The notes under the pieces: generated by a model
What the model was told of the DNA's origin: nothing
Database searches by the model: none
Seen by the model: the letters and a program-made list of their open reading frames with translations, nothing else
Translations under genes and position numbers: made by a program
Part shown: one piece after another, positions 1 through 8,885 of the stretch
Layout: every line of letters starts with the position of its first letter
How positions within the stretch are numbered: position 1 is the stretch's first letter
Origin: Dehalococcoidia bacterium
Lineage (GTDB): Bacteria > Chloroflexota > Dehalococcoidia > Lucifugimonadales > UBA3495
Length of the DNA stretch: 64,000 nucleotides
Reading direction: 5' to 3'
NCBI GenBank assembly: GCA_030740155.1
Contig: JASLXV010000032.1
Coordinates: 87,361 to 151,360, forward strand

Positions 1-1093
1 AGGCCAAGCCCCCCACGATATAAAGGTTGTCGATCTGGGGGACCTTACCGATTAAGGGCGTTCCATCCAGAGAAAAGGGCATCAGCCCGGCCCAGGTCTG
101 CTCGATGGGAAGCCTTCGCAACATGGGGATCACTTCTCCGGCCTGCTCCCGGTTGACTTCGATTCCGGCGGCTTCCGGCACCCGCTTGAACCCGACCAGC
201 TGCCTATCGCCACCGAAAATTACCTCGCCGCTCCTTGTTTGGCGTCCGTAAAGGTGTCTGGTCAGCCGGGTATCGGCCCCGTGGGTCAGGTCCGGGGGAG
301 GCGCGCCGGCGTTCCCTTGGTCCCGCTGCTTGTGCTCGCCGTCCCAACAGAGGTCCGATTCGGTGGAGCTGATCGTATGGAACAGGCAGGGGGGTACGCT
401 GGGCGTGGACCACATCTGACCCCGCACCGGGACTATCGGGATGTGGAGGCCGAGCATGGCGCCCAGGGGCCCGCACCAGGCGCCCGCCGCCAGGACCAGG
501 ACTCCGGCTTGAAACTCCCGGCCCGACGCGGTTACACTCCAGCTTCTCGCCCCCAGACTCCGGAGGGCGGTTACCTCATGGCTGGTGAGAATGCGGGCGC
601 CGCTCCTTTCGGCCAGGGAAGCAAAAGCCCGGGTCGCTTTCACCGGGTCCGCCTGCCCGCGATCCGGTGAGTACATGAAGCCCAGCAACGCCGGATTCGA
701 CTCGGGCTCCACCGCCAGGGCTTCCCTGGGGCTGAGCAGTTCAACCGTGCAACCCTGGGAACGGAGTCTCAGCACCTTGTCCCGGAGATACTCGTACTGC
801 TCGTCGGTGTGAATGGCCTGCAGGCGCCCCGACTGCCGAAACTCGATGGGGTAGCCCAGGTCTATCTGAATAGTCTTGAAAAGCTCGAAGCTTCCCATGG
901 TCAGGAATGCTTGGAGGTCTGGGTAGTTGCCCCAACCGGCCCCGCCCAAGCCTCCGGCGTTGACCCCGGAAGCCTCGCAAGCGACCGCTCCCCGCTCCAG
1001 CAAGGTGACCTGGTGCCCCTGCTGGGCTAGGTAGTAGGCCGTGGAGGCGCCAGCGATACCGCCGCCTATGATCAGCACATCCGCTTCCGGCAT
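1..1093 (-). CDS. FAD-dependent oxidoreductase (DAO/glycine or sarcosine oxidase-like), 3' end runs off the window
   Basis: Not in the ORF track because no stop lies in the window. Manual translation from ATG at 1093 gives MPEADVLIIGGGIAGASTAYYLAQQGHQVTLLERG..EASGVNAGG, a GxGxxG Rossmann motif, with a GGAGGG RBS upstream. Confidence 0.85.
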   Translation of the reverse strand, partial: MPEADVLIIGGGIAGASTAYYLAQQGHQVTLLERGAVACEASGVNAGGLGGAGWGNYPDLQAFLTMGSFELFKTIQIDLGYPIEFRQSGRLQAIHTDEQYEYLRDKVLRLRSQGCTVELLSPREALAVEPESNPALLGFMYSPDRGQADPVKATRAFASLAERSGARILTSHEVTALRSLGARSWSVTASGREFQAGVLVLAAGAWCGPLGAMLGLHIPIVPVRGQMWSTPSVPPCLFHTISSTESDLCWDGEHKQRDQGNAGAPPPDLTHGADTRLTRHLYGRQTRSGEVIFGGDRQLVGFKRVPEAAGIEVNREQAGEVIPMLRRLPIEQTWAGLMPFSLDGTPLIGKVPQIDNLYIVGGLA

Positions 1094-1496
1094 GGACCCT
1101 CCTGCTGGGTTTGAATAAATATAAGGCCGCAAGCCTGCGTTGCACAACCCCATTTGAAGACAAAGAATGCCGGCGGTAGCGCCGGGAGCCTGAAGCATTG
1201 TACAGGTCTTCTGGGTGCTGGTTATGGCAAGGCGTCTGGTGCACCGCCGCCGGAAGCGATAGAATCTCTACCTACGTGGGGGGTGATGTGAGGCACCCAG
1301 CGGCCAGAGAGAGGATGAATCACCGGCTCTTTCAGACTCCCACCTGCTCGGGTGGGTGGGAAAAACCAGCGTTGGTTGGTAGACTGGGTAGTAATCGGAT
1401 CCCGCTTGCCGCCCCTTGGCATGACTCGAAAGCCGTCCGCCGGCCGGCCTCTCCCGGAGACCGGCTCACGCACCATCCTGTCGTAAGGTGACCGCC

Positions 1497-2600
1497 ATGA
1501 CCCAGGAGCCAGGGCCCCGCCGAAAGCACCCGTACTTCATGTATGACGCCATCCAGCGTCAGCCCGAGGCCATGGAAGAGATGTTGCGCATGCATGGCAC
1601 TCGCGCCCAGGAGGTGGCGGCTGTGATCGCCGGGAAACGGCGCCTGTACCTGGTGGGCATCGGGACCTCCTGGAACGCGGCCCTGGTGGCCCAGCATTGG
1701 CTTCGCCGGTTCGTCGGGCGGTCGGTGGAAGTCGTGGCCTGGCACTCGTTCGAGTTCTGCTCTTATCCGCCGCCCTTGAACGACGAAGACGCCGTCATCG
1801 TCATCAGCCACCGGGGAGCGAAGACCTACTCCTTCCAGGCGTTGGAAATGGCCAAGGCCGGCGCCGCCTACACCGTCTCCATCACCTCTACCGACGCCGG
1901 GCCGCACATCCGGGTGGCCGACGCGGTGTTGCATACCGTGGAGCAGGAGCGCTCGGCCGACACCATAAGCTATACAGCGGCGTTGACGGTCCTGGCGCTG
2001 CTGGCCACTGCCCTGGGAAGCTGGAAGGATGGCGGTGAGGAGTTGCCGCTTCTCCGGGCCCAGCTCGAGGAATTGCCCCAGAAGATGACCCAGGTGCTGA
2101 CCCGCCAGCGCGCCATGCAGCAGGCCGCACGGCGGTTCAGGAGCCGGAGCCGTTTTGTCTCCGTCGGCTGGGGGCCCAACACGGCCACCGCCTACGAGTC
2201 GGCGCTGAAGATGCAAGAGACCAGCGCCACCGACAGCGAGGGGATTCAGGTGGAGCAACTGCTGCACGGCCCGTTCTGCTCCGTTGACCAGAATTGCCTG
2301 GTTACCCTGATCGCGCCTCCGGGTCCCGGCTACGGGCGGGCCTTGAACATCGCCCGGGCCTCCCTGGAGGTGGGCGCACCCGTTTGGGCCTTGGTGCAGG
2401 ACGGTGACGTGCTCCTATCCGATCTGGCCACCGAGTCCTGTAACCTGCCGTCAGTCCCCGAGTTCTGGAGCCCTCTGCTCTACGTGCTGCCCTTGCAGCT
2501 CTTCGCCTACAACCTGGCGCTGGTGAAGGGCACCCATCCCGACCTGTTCCAAGAGGACAACGCCAGGCAGGCCGCCGCTCGTCGGCACTACGAGCTGTAG
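1497..2600 (+). CDS. Double SIS-domain sugar-phosphate isomerase/deglycase (GlmS isomerase-domain or FrlB-like, no glutaminase domain)
   Basis: GIGTS, ISHRG..T, ESALKMQE and HGP motifs; about 367 aa. Confidence 0.8.
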   Translation: MTQEPGPRRKHPYFMYDAIQRQPEAMEEMLRMHGTRAQEVAAVIAGKRRLYLVGIGTSWNAALVAQHWLRRFVGRSVEVVAWHSFEFCSYPPPLNDEDAVIVISHRGAKTYSFQALEMAKAGAAYTVSITSTDAGPHIRVADAVLHTVEQERSADTISYTAALTVLALLATALGSWKDGGEELPLLRAQLEELPQKMTQVLTRQRAMQQAARRFRSRSRFVSVGWGPNTATAYESALKMQETSATDSEGIQVEQLLHGPFCSVDQNCLVTLIAPPGPGYGRALNIARASLEVGAPVWALVQDGDVLLSDLATESCNLPSVPEFWSPLLYVLPLQLFAYNLALVKGTHPDLFQEDNARQAAARRHYEL

Positions 2601-2726
2601 GCCGAAACCCGGCCAACCAGCATTCAGCGGTGACCGGTCAGCCGGAATGGGCTCACCCGGATCCATGGCATTGAGATGATACCCGACGGTCGGCAGCTAT
2701 CAGTTGCCGCAAAAGGAGTACCGAGA

Positions 2727-3104
2727 ATGGCGTCGACAGAAGAAGCCCAGACATTCCTCGACAAAACGGGACCGGGCCGGGGTTACATGCTGGAGATGCA
2801 CCGGATCATGGCGGCAGCCGACCTGGAGTGGGCCCAGAAATTCAATGCGTTCATCGAGACCACGTACACCGGCCAGCGGCTTCTGGACCGCAAGACCAAG
2901 GAACTGCTTCAGATCGTGGTGGAGGTAGCCTTGCGGGCCGACGTGGAGCATATCCAGGCCCACATGAAAGTGGCGCTGCGGGAGGGAGCCACGCCCCGGG
3001 AAATCCTCGAAGCCATGGAGACGGTTGTCGCCCCCATGGGCGCCCTGGCCTTCCGCCGGGGTCTCCAGGCCTGGGCTGCGGAGACGGGCCTTCACGGGGA
3101 ATAA
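2727..3104 (+). CDS. Carboxymuconolactone decarboxylase (CMD/AhpD-like) family protein
   Basis: LDRKTKELL...H...AL..GAT..EI.E pattern; AAGGAG RBS before ATG 2727; no CxxC. Confidence 0.75.
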   Translation: MASTEEAQTFLDKTGPGRGYMLEMHRIMAAADLEWAQKFNAFIETTYTGQRLLDRKTKELLQIVVEVALRADVEHIQAHMKVALREGATPREILEAMETVVAPMGALAFRRGLQAWAAETGLHGE

Positions 3105-3119
3105 CCGGAATAACGGCGG

Positions 3120-3328
3120 GTAGGGGCGCAATATATTGCGCCCCCACGAGTTTGATCCGGAGCGACCGATGCGTTGGGTGCCCACGGGTCCGTGGCAGGT
3201 GCGCGATGAATTGGTCTCCACCGGTGGGGAGCACGCGATTGATTGGTCCTCACCGGTGCGGGTAAGGGCGCAATATATTGCGCCCTTACGGGTCCAGGCA
3301 GGGTCGCCCGATACATTGCGCCCTTACA
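3120..3328. repeat. GTAG-type REP-like palindrome cluster
   Basis: GTAGGGGCGCAATATATTGCGCCCCCAC (3120-3147), GTAAGGGCGCAATATATTGCGCCCTTAC (3262-3289) and a degenerate third copy, between convergent genes. Confidence 0.8.
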
Positions 3329-3329
3329 T

Positions 3330-4112
3330 TTATCGCTCCCGGACCACCGGGTTCCGCAGGACCCCGATTTCGCTGATCTCAACCTCGACGATGTCGCCGT
3401 CCTTCATGTTCTCGCCGGCCCCCTCGGTGCCCATCCAGAGGACGTCGCCGGGGTGCAGGGTGAGGTACCGGCTCATCGCACTGATGTAGGCTCGCACCCC
3501 GAAAATAGCGGTGCCCGCGACATACTCGATCGCCACCCGCCCGCTGAGAGTGACCTTGACGCGGAGGGCATCGGGGTTCAGGCCCGTGACGATCCAGGGG
3601 CCCATGGGCTTGAAGGTGTCGGTATTCTTGGCCCGCCACAGGGTCCGGTCGCCTCGCTGCCAGGTGCGCTCGCTGACGTCGTTGCCGATGGTGTAGCCGA
3701 GCACGTAGTCCAGGGCCTCTTCTTCGGTGACGTTCTTGCACGTCTTGCCGATGACCGCCACCAACTCGCCTTCGTACTGCACCTTCTCCGTCGCGTCCTT
3801 GGGTATGATGATGGGCTCATCCTGGGCGATCAGCGCATTGGCCGCCCGGTAGCCTACGTCAGCTTGCTTGGGCAGGTTGGGTTGGGTGCCCACCTGCTGG
3901 GCCGCCCAGGTGACGTGCTCCGGGTAGTTGATCCCGGCGGCGTAGAACGTGGGAGGAATCACCGGGACCTCCAGCTTAACCGAGCTGAGGGGCTGGGAGT
4001 TGGAGGTCCGGGTGTAGCTATCAAAAGGGCTTCCTTCGACCTCGATGACGGTATCGCCCTCGATGATGCCGTAGACCACCTTTTCCCCAGTCTTGAACCT
4101 GCACCATTTCAT
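3330..4112 (-). CDS. Fumarylacetoacetate hydrolase family protein
   Basis: GINY..H, YEGEL, GYTIGNDVSER, KNTDTF.PMGP and GDV..MGT motifs. Confidence 0.9.
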   Translation of the reverse strand: MKWCRFKTGEKVVYGIIEGDTVIEVEGSPFDSYTRTSNSQPLSSVKLEVPVIPPTFYAAGINYPEHVTWAAQQVGTQPNLPKQADVGYRAANALIAQDEPIIIPKDATEKVQYEGELVAVIGKTCKNVTEEEALDYVLGYTIGNDVSERTWQRGDRTLWRAKNTDTFKPMGPWIVTGLNPDALRVKVTLSGRVAIEYVAGTAIFGVRAYISAMSRYLTLHPGDVLWMGTEGAGENMKDGDIVEVEISEIGVLRNPVVRER

Positions 4113-4400
4113 GGCCCATCCTCCTGAAACGACCTTTTCGGTCCCCGAGTCTGGCCTAGATTGTCACATCAAGCCTCCCAGGGGTCAAGCGGCCCGGCCA
4201 CGGATAGCAGGACCGGTGGAGCATGCCCCGGCCAAGGCAGGTGAATACTGGCTAAGGTCGATGATGTTTACTGTGGGAAGGAAGTAATGGACGTGCTCTC
4301 CGGTTATCACGGAGAGCCCAGATAGCGGCCCTGGTTTGCCCGAACGCTTGGCGTATGCTAGGCTCCCCTGGCTGCTTCGATTACAGCTGGGGGAGACACG

Positions 4401-5168
4401 ATGAGACTGCAGGGGAAAACGGCCTTGATCACCGGGGCCAGCCGGAACATCGGCCGGGAGGTGGCCCTGACCTTTGCCCGGGAGGGCGCCAACCTGGTGC
4501 TGAACACCCGGAGCAGCCGGAACGAGTTGGAGGCGGTGGCCGCCGAGTGCCGCGAAATCGGCGTGAGTGTCCATACCGTCGTGGCCGACGTTTCCGACTC
4601 GGGCCAGGTCTCCCGCATGGTGGAGGAGGGCGTCGCCGCCCTGGGCAAGATCGATATCCTGGTCAGCAACGCCGCGGTCCGGCCCCACAAGCCGGTCCTG
4701 GAGGTCTCCGACGAAGAGTGGCGCCAGGTGTTGGGCGTGAACCTCGACGCCACTTTCTATCTGTGCCGGGCCGTGTTGCCCGGCATGATCGACCGCCGGT
4801 CCGGGAGCATCATCGCCCTGGGCGGCCAGGCGGCCATCACCGGCCGTCCGGGCACCGCCGCGGTGACGACGGCCAAGACCGGCCTGCTGGGGCTGATCCG
4901 GGCAATCGCGGCGGAGATGGCGCCCCATAATATCCGGGCCAACCTGGTGAACCCGGGCTCCACCGATACCGAAAGGCGGCATCCCGGCTGGTATCCGGAG
5001 TTTAGAGATGTGTCCCGGGGTTCGCCGGAGCACCTGAAGGCCCTGCCCATGGGAAGGCAGGGCACGGTCCAGGACATCGCCAACGCCTGCCTGTTCTTTG
5101 CTTCTGACGAGTCGGCCTACGTCACCGGCGACCGGCTCAACGTGGTGGGAGGCCGGTACATCGTCTAG
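4401..5168 (+). CDS. Short-chain dehydrogenase/reductase with atypical active site
   Basis: TGASRNIG, SNAA, NPG..DT and PMGRQG motifs; the YxxxK position reads VTTAK. Confidence 0.88.
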   Translation: MRLQGKTALITGASRNIGREVALTFAREGANLVLNTRSSRNELEAVAAECREIGVSVHTVVADVSDSGQVSRMVEEGVAALGKIDILVSNAAVRPHKPVLEVSDEEWRQVLGVNLDATFYLCRAVLPGMIDRRSGSIIALGGQAAITGRPGTAAVTTAKTGLLGLIRAIAAEMAPHNIRANLVNPGSTDTERRHPGWYPEFRDVSRGSPEHLKALPMGRQGTVQDIANACLFFASDESAYVTGDRLNVVGGRYIV

Positions 5169-6169
5169 CCGGCGGCCACCTGCTGCCAGACCAGCGTGGC
5201 CGCCCCCACCAGACCGACCGAGTCTCCCAACCGGCTGGCCACCAGGCGGAAGTCTTTGTGCCGCTCGCTCATGGCCCGTTGCTCGATCAACGAGTGAATC
5301 CGGGGCAGAAGCTCCAGCTCAGTGAGACCCGCCGTCACGCCCCCGCCCAGGACCAACAGGTCCGGGTTGTACAGGTGCAGGGTGTTGGCGAGGCCCGCGG
5401 AGAGCGCCTGGACCATCTTTTCCAGTATGTCCTTGGCCAGCCCATCGCCCTGGGACGCCGCCCGGAATACGCCCTGGGAGTCGATTGACTCGAGGTCCCC
5501 GGTGGCCAGAACGGACCCCGCCGACCCGGGCTCGGCCAGGCGGGTCCGGGCCGCCAGGGCGATGGCGGTGCCCGACGCCAGGGATTCCAGGCATCCCCGG
5601 TTGCCGCACTGGCAGCGGGGCGCCTCACCGCTCAAGTCGATTGCCATGTGGCCGATCTCGGCGGCTAGGCCATTGGCGCCCAGGAACATCTTGCCCCGGT
5701 CGACCACGCCGCCCCCGATGCCGGTGCTGACCGTCAGGTACACCAGGGTCCGGGTCGGGGTCCCGTCAGCCGCCGGCTCCTGGCCCGCCCCGCAATGAAA
5801 CTCCCCCAGTGCGGCCAGGTTGGCGTCGTTCCCAATCCACACCGGATGACCGAACATGGGCTCCCAAAGCGCTTTCAGGGAGATGCCGTCTAGCTCGGGC
5901 AGGTTGGGCGGGTCGTGCAGGGTCCCGGTCGCGGCGTCCACCGGGCCGGCGGCGGCGATCCCCACCCCGGCGACCGGCCGGCCGGCGCACCACTCTATCG
6001 CCTCACGGAGCAGACCCTCAGCCGACTTCAACAGCCGGGCCTGGCTGGCCTTCTGGGGGCTGGCCACCCGCGACTGCCACCAGATCTTCCCGTCTCGAGC
6101 GATGGCTGCCGCCCGGGTCCAGGTGCCGCCCCAGTCCATCGCTACCGCCAGTTCCGGCGACTGCGTCAT
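5165..6169 (-). CDS. ROK family sugar kinase (glucokinase-like)
   Basis: DWGGT, NDANLAA.GE, STGIGGG and EIGH..CQCGNRGCLE motifs. Confidence 0.92.
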   Translation of the reverse strand: MTQSPELAVAMDWGGTWTRAAAIARDGKIWWQSRVASPQKASQARLLKSAEGLLREAIEWCAGRPVAGVGIAAAGPVDAATGTLHDPPNLPELDGISLKALWEPMFGHPVWIGNDANLAALGEFHCGAGQEPAADGTPTRTLVYLTVSTGIGGGVVDRGKMFLGANGLAAEIGHMAIDLSGEAPRCQCGNRGCLESLASGTAIALAARTRLAEPGSAGSVLATGDLESIDSQGVFRAASQGDGLAKDILEKMVQALSAGLANTLHLYNPDLLVLGGGVTAGLTELELLPRIHSLIEQRAMSERHKDFRLVASRLGDSVGLVGAATLVWQQVAAG

Positions 6170-6352
6170 ATTCTCCCCACTCTGGGCGCAAGATTGCTAG
6201 TTTTCATGATAGCAGTTCACCGCTTGGTTCGCGAAGCCGCCCAAGACGAGGTGATTCGAGGAGGTTTATCCTAACAGTTCCGAAAGGGCTGCTTCCAAGA
6301 TTGCGCCACGATGTTTTGGCCGGGGGTGCCGGATGCGGAGGCCTCGCCGCCG

Positions 6353-6985
6353 TCAGTCCCGGCCGCCGCCGGAGCCGTCGCCGCCGCCAGTGCCGCCGCC
6401 GGAGCCGCTGCCGGTTCCACGGGCAGGCTCCGCGGCCAGCAATTCGTCCAGGGCCGCCCGCAACGAGGCGGCGTTCATCGGCCCCACGAATTTCTTCACC
6501 AAAAGCCCGCCGCCGTCGATGAGGAATTTCTCCGGAATACCCCTGACGCCATAGTCGATGGCGATGGTCCCCCTGGCGTCGATGCCGTTGGGGTAGGTGA
6601 CGCCGTAACGCTCCAGGTAGGCCTCGGCGTCATCCCTGCGGTCCCAGATGTCGACGCCGATGAATTCAACGCCTCGATTCCGGTATTCCAGGTATGCCTG
6701 GGCCAGGATTGGGGCCTCCTTGCGGCAAGGGGGGCACCAAGACGCCCAGAAATCAAAGAGCAGGACGTGGCCCCGCAGGCTGGACAGGGTCACCGTGGAG
6801 CCGTCGAGCAACTCCAGGGAGAACTCTGGGGCGGCGTCACGATCGACCTGGATTTCGCCGTAAGCATTGTTGACTCCCAGGCCGCCCGGGCTGCCGCCCG
6901 ACTCGACCAACGCCCAGGCCAGCAGCGCAATCAATCCCAACACCGGGATTGAGGAGCCCAGCAATATCCAGCCTCGTTTGCTCAA
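6353..6985 (-). CDS. Membrane-anchored TlpA/ResA/CcmG-like thiol-disulfide oxidoreductase
   Basis: N-terminal TM helix, FWASWCPPC, YGV.GIPE; last gene of the ccm cluster; TTG start overlaps the upstream TGA. Confidence 0.88.
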   Translation of the reverse strand: MSKRGWILLGSSIPVLGLIALLAWALVESGGSPGGLGVNNAYGEIQVDRDAAPEFSLELLDGSTVTLSSLRGHVLLFDFWASWCPPCRKEAPILAQAYLEYRNRGVEFIGVDIWDRRDDAEAYLERYGVTYPNGIDARGTIAIDYGVRGIPEKFLIDGGGLLVKKFVGPMNAASLRAALDELLAAEPARGTGSGSGGGTGGGDGSGGGRD

Positions 6986-8265
6986 CTCTCCAACTCACTC
7001 TCTTTGCCGTCTGGCCGCTCCCGTTCTCCCGGCGGCGCTTGATCCTCCCCGCCCTTGGGCTGAGGAGTCTCCAATATCCGGTTCTTCAGCCGGTCTCGCT
7101 GGGGCCGGTATTCCTCCTCCGGCAGGTCCCCTCGCTGGAACCCCTCGTCGAGGGCCGCTATCTCGTGGATCAGGGAGGCTCGCTGTGGCGGCTCCCGGCC
7201 GATCCCCTCGGGGGCGGCTGCCACGGAGGGAACGGCCCTCCGCGAAGCGCCGGTTATCCCGAGCAGCAACAGGATGGCCAGGACCGCGCCGGCGGCCCCA
7301 GGCACGGCCGCCCGCCAGAGGGCGGCACTGCTGGCCGATTTGCCGAGACGCGTCGCCAGACCGGGCTCGGGAAGGTTCGACAGCTCCAGGACCAGGTCCT
7401 GGCCGATCTGGAAATCCCTACCCTGCCAGACCCGGTAGAAGGACCCTTCGATGTTTACCGTTGGGGCCGGTTCCAGAGGAGCGACCTGGATCGAAGCCAT
7501 CTGCTCGGGCACCAGCACCTGGAATAGGGCCGATCCCTGGATAAAGCTCTGCCGGTAGGAGGCCCGGTCACCCCGGTAGGAAAAGCGGAAAGAGAAGTCG
7601 ACCGCGTGTTCTCCGGGGACCACGGCTGAATCGATGGCGAATCCGGTGCCGGTGGGCAGGATATCTCCACCGGGCAGGTCCGACTGCACGCTGAGGTCCT
7701 CGGCCAGGGGCGGCAGCGAGAAGCCCAGGAAGCCCTCCCCCCCCACCTCCACGGGACCGGGCAGGAAGGTGCGGTCGCTCGGGTTTTTCAGTCTCACGAA
7801 CTCGAAGGCCGATATCTCCCGGTTCTTCTCATCTACACCGGCGATCAGCAGGGCCTGGAGGCTCACCGTCAGGACTGACGGGTCCTGGGTCGTCTCGTAC
7901 ACGGTGAGCCGGACCTCATCAACCAGTTCATTCGGGCCCAGCTCCTCGGTATAGAACACTCCTTGGTAGTCTACGCTGAGGAGGTAGCGCCCTCCTTCCA
8001 GCAGGGGCACCTGGTCGAAACGAAAGCTGGCGCCATCGCCGATCGTCGTCTGGTCCGCCGTTCTCAGGTTTCCCGCCTGGTCGGAGGCCAGCAGGAATAC
8101 CGGGAGGTCCGGAGGGGTTGCCGCGCCGCTGGTGCCGTTGGACACTGTTCCTTGGATCGTGATCGTTTCCTGGGCGTTGCTCGTGTCCGGACCTCCCGCC
8201 GCGAGGGCCAGGGTCAGAGCCGTGATCAGCACGGCCAGCCGTATGCCCAACCGCCGGCCCCTCAT
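6982..8265 (-). CDS. Exported membrane-anchored protein (signal peptide, beta-rich domains, C-terminal TM and helical tail) in the cytochrome c maturation cluster
   Basis: Likely start ATG 8265 (MRGRRLGIRLAVLITALTLALAAGG) in an ATGA overlap with the upstream stop; C-terminal LDEGFQRGDLPEEEY resembles CcmI-like helices. Confidence 0.65.
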   Translation of the reverse strand: MRGRRLGIRLAVLITALTLALAAGGPDTSNAQETITIQGTVSNGTSGAATPPDLPVFLLASDQAGNLRTADQTTIGDGASFRFDQVPLLEGGRYLLSVDYQGVFYTEELGPNELVDEVRLTVYETTQDPSVLTVSLQALLIAGVDEKNREISAFEFVRLKNPSDRTFLPGPVEVGGEGFLGFSLPPLAEDLSVQSDLPGGDILPTGTGFAIDSAVVPGEHAVDFSFRFSYRGDRASYRQSFIQGSALFQVLVPEQMASIQVAPLEPAPTVNIEGSFYRVWQGRDFQIGQDLVLELSNLPEPGLATRLGKSASSAALWRAAVPGAAGAVLAILLLLGITGASRRAVPSVAAAPEGIGREPPQRASLIHEIAALDEGFQRGDLPEEEYRPQRDRLKNRILETPQPKGGEDQAPPGERERPDGKESELES

Positions 8266-8708
8266 GCTGAAGCTGGATCCGAGGGGCCGGACTTTTCGCC
8301 GCACTCGGGGCAGGCGCCGCTGCCCGGCGCCGAAGCCGCTCCGCAGCCGGGACAAGGGCGTGAGATTCCACCGGATCCCCATAGTTCCGACCGGGCTGCC
8401 AGTACTTCCTGCTCCAACGCCCAGTCGGGATCGCTTTCCCGCTCCTTCACCACTTGCCGCAGCGCGGTGGCGGCCTGGAGGCGGTAACCCTGAAGCTGTT
8501 CCCGGTATAGCTGGTCCGGCACCTGCCCCAACTCGTGCTCCAGCCGCAGGATGCGAATGGCCTCGTAAATGGCCTCCAACTCCGGCGCTTCCTGATCCAC
8601 TGCAACCACCGGACCCTCACCCCAATTCCTCGAACGAGACTTGAGGAACGGGAAGGCCACTATGGCAACGCTGAACACGGCCAGGGCAGCGCCCAATACC
8701 AATCCCAT
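8262..8708 (-). CDS. CcmI-N-like membrane protein with C-terminal zinc ribbon
   Basis: N-terminal TM, L.LEHELGQV....Y helix, CPGC..CPEC. Confidence 0.7.
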   Translation of the reverse strand: MGLVLGAALAVFSVAIVAFPFLKSRSRNWGEGPVVAVDQEAPELEAIYEAIRILRLEHELGQVPDQLYREQLQGYRLQAATALRQVVKERESDPDWALEQEVLAARSELWGSGGISRPCPGCGAASAPGSGACPECGEKSGPSDPASA

Positions 8709-8885
8709 GCTGTTAGCCTGCTTTCACTATCGAATGTTGAGCGGTCAGTAACTAGCTTTCAGCTGTCAGCCCTTTTCTGGCCGAAGGCGGCCGAACGGCA
8801 ATACGCGAGAGAGGGCCTCCCGCTGTAACGCCGGCCGTCCCACCGGCCTTCAACCTGGCGGCCGACCGCTGCTCACCTGCGAGCC

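Noticed and set aside
1170..1490. glmS ribozyme upstream of the GlmS-like SIS gene (AGCGCC at about 1178)
   Set aside because: The downstream core (GACGAGG and the P2.1/P2.2 elements) is not present, and the protein lacks the glutaminase domain.
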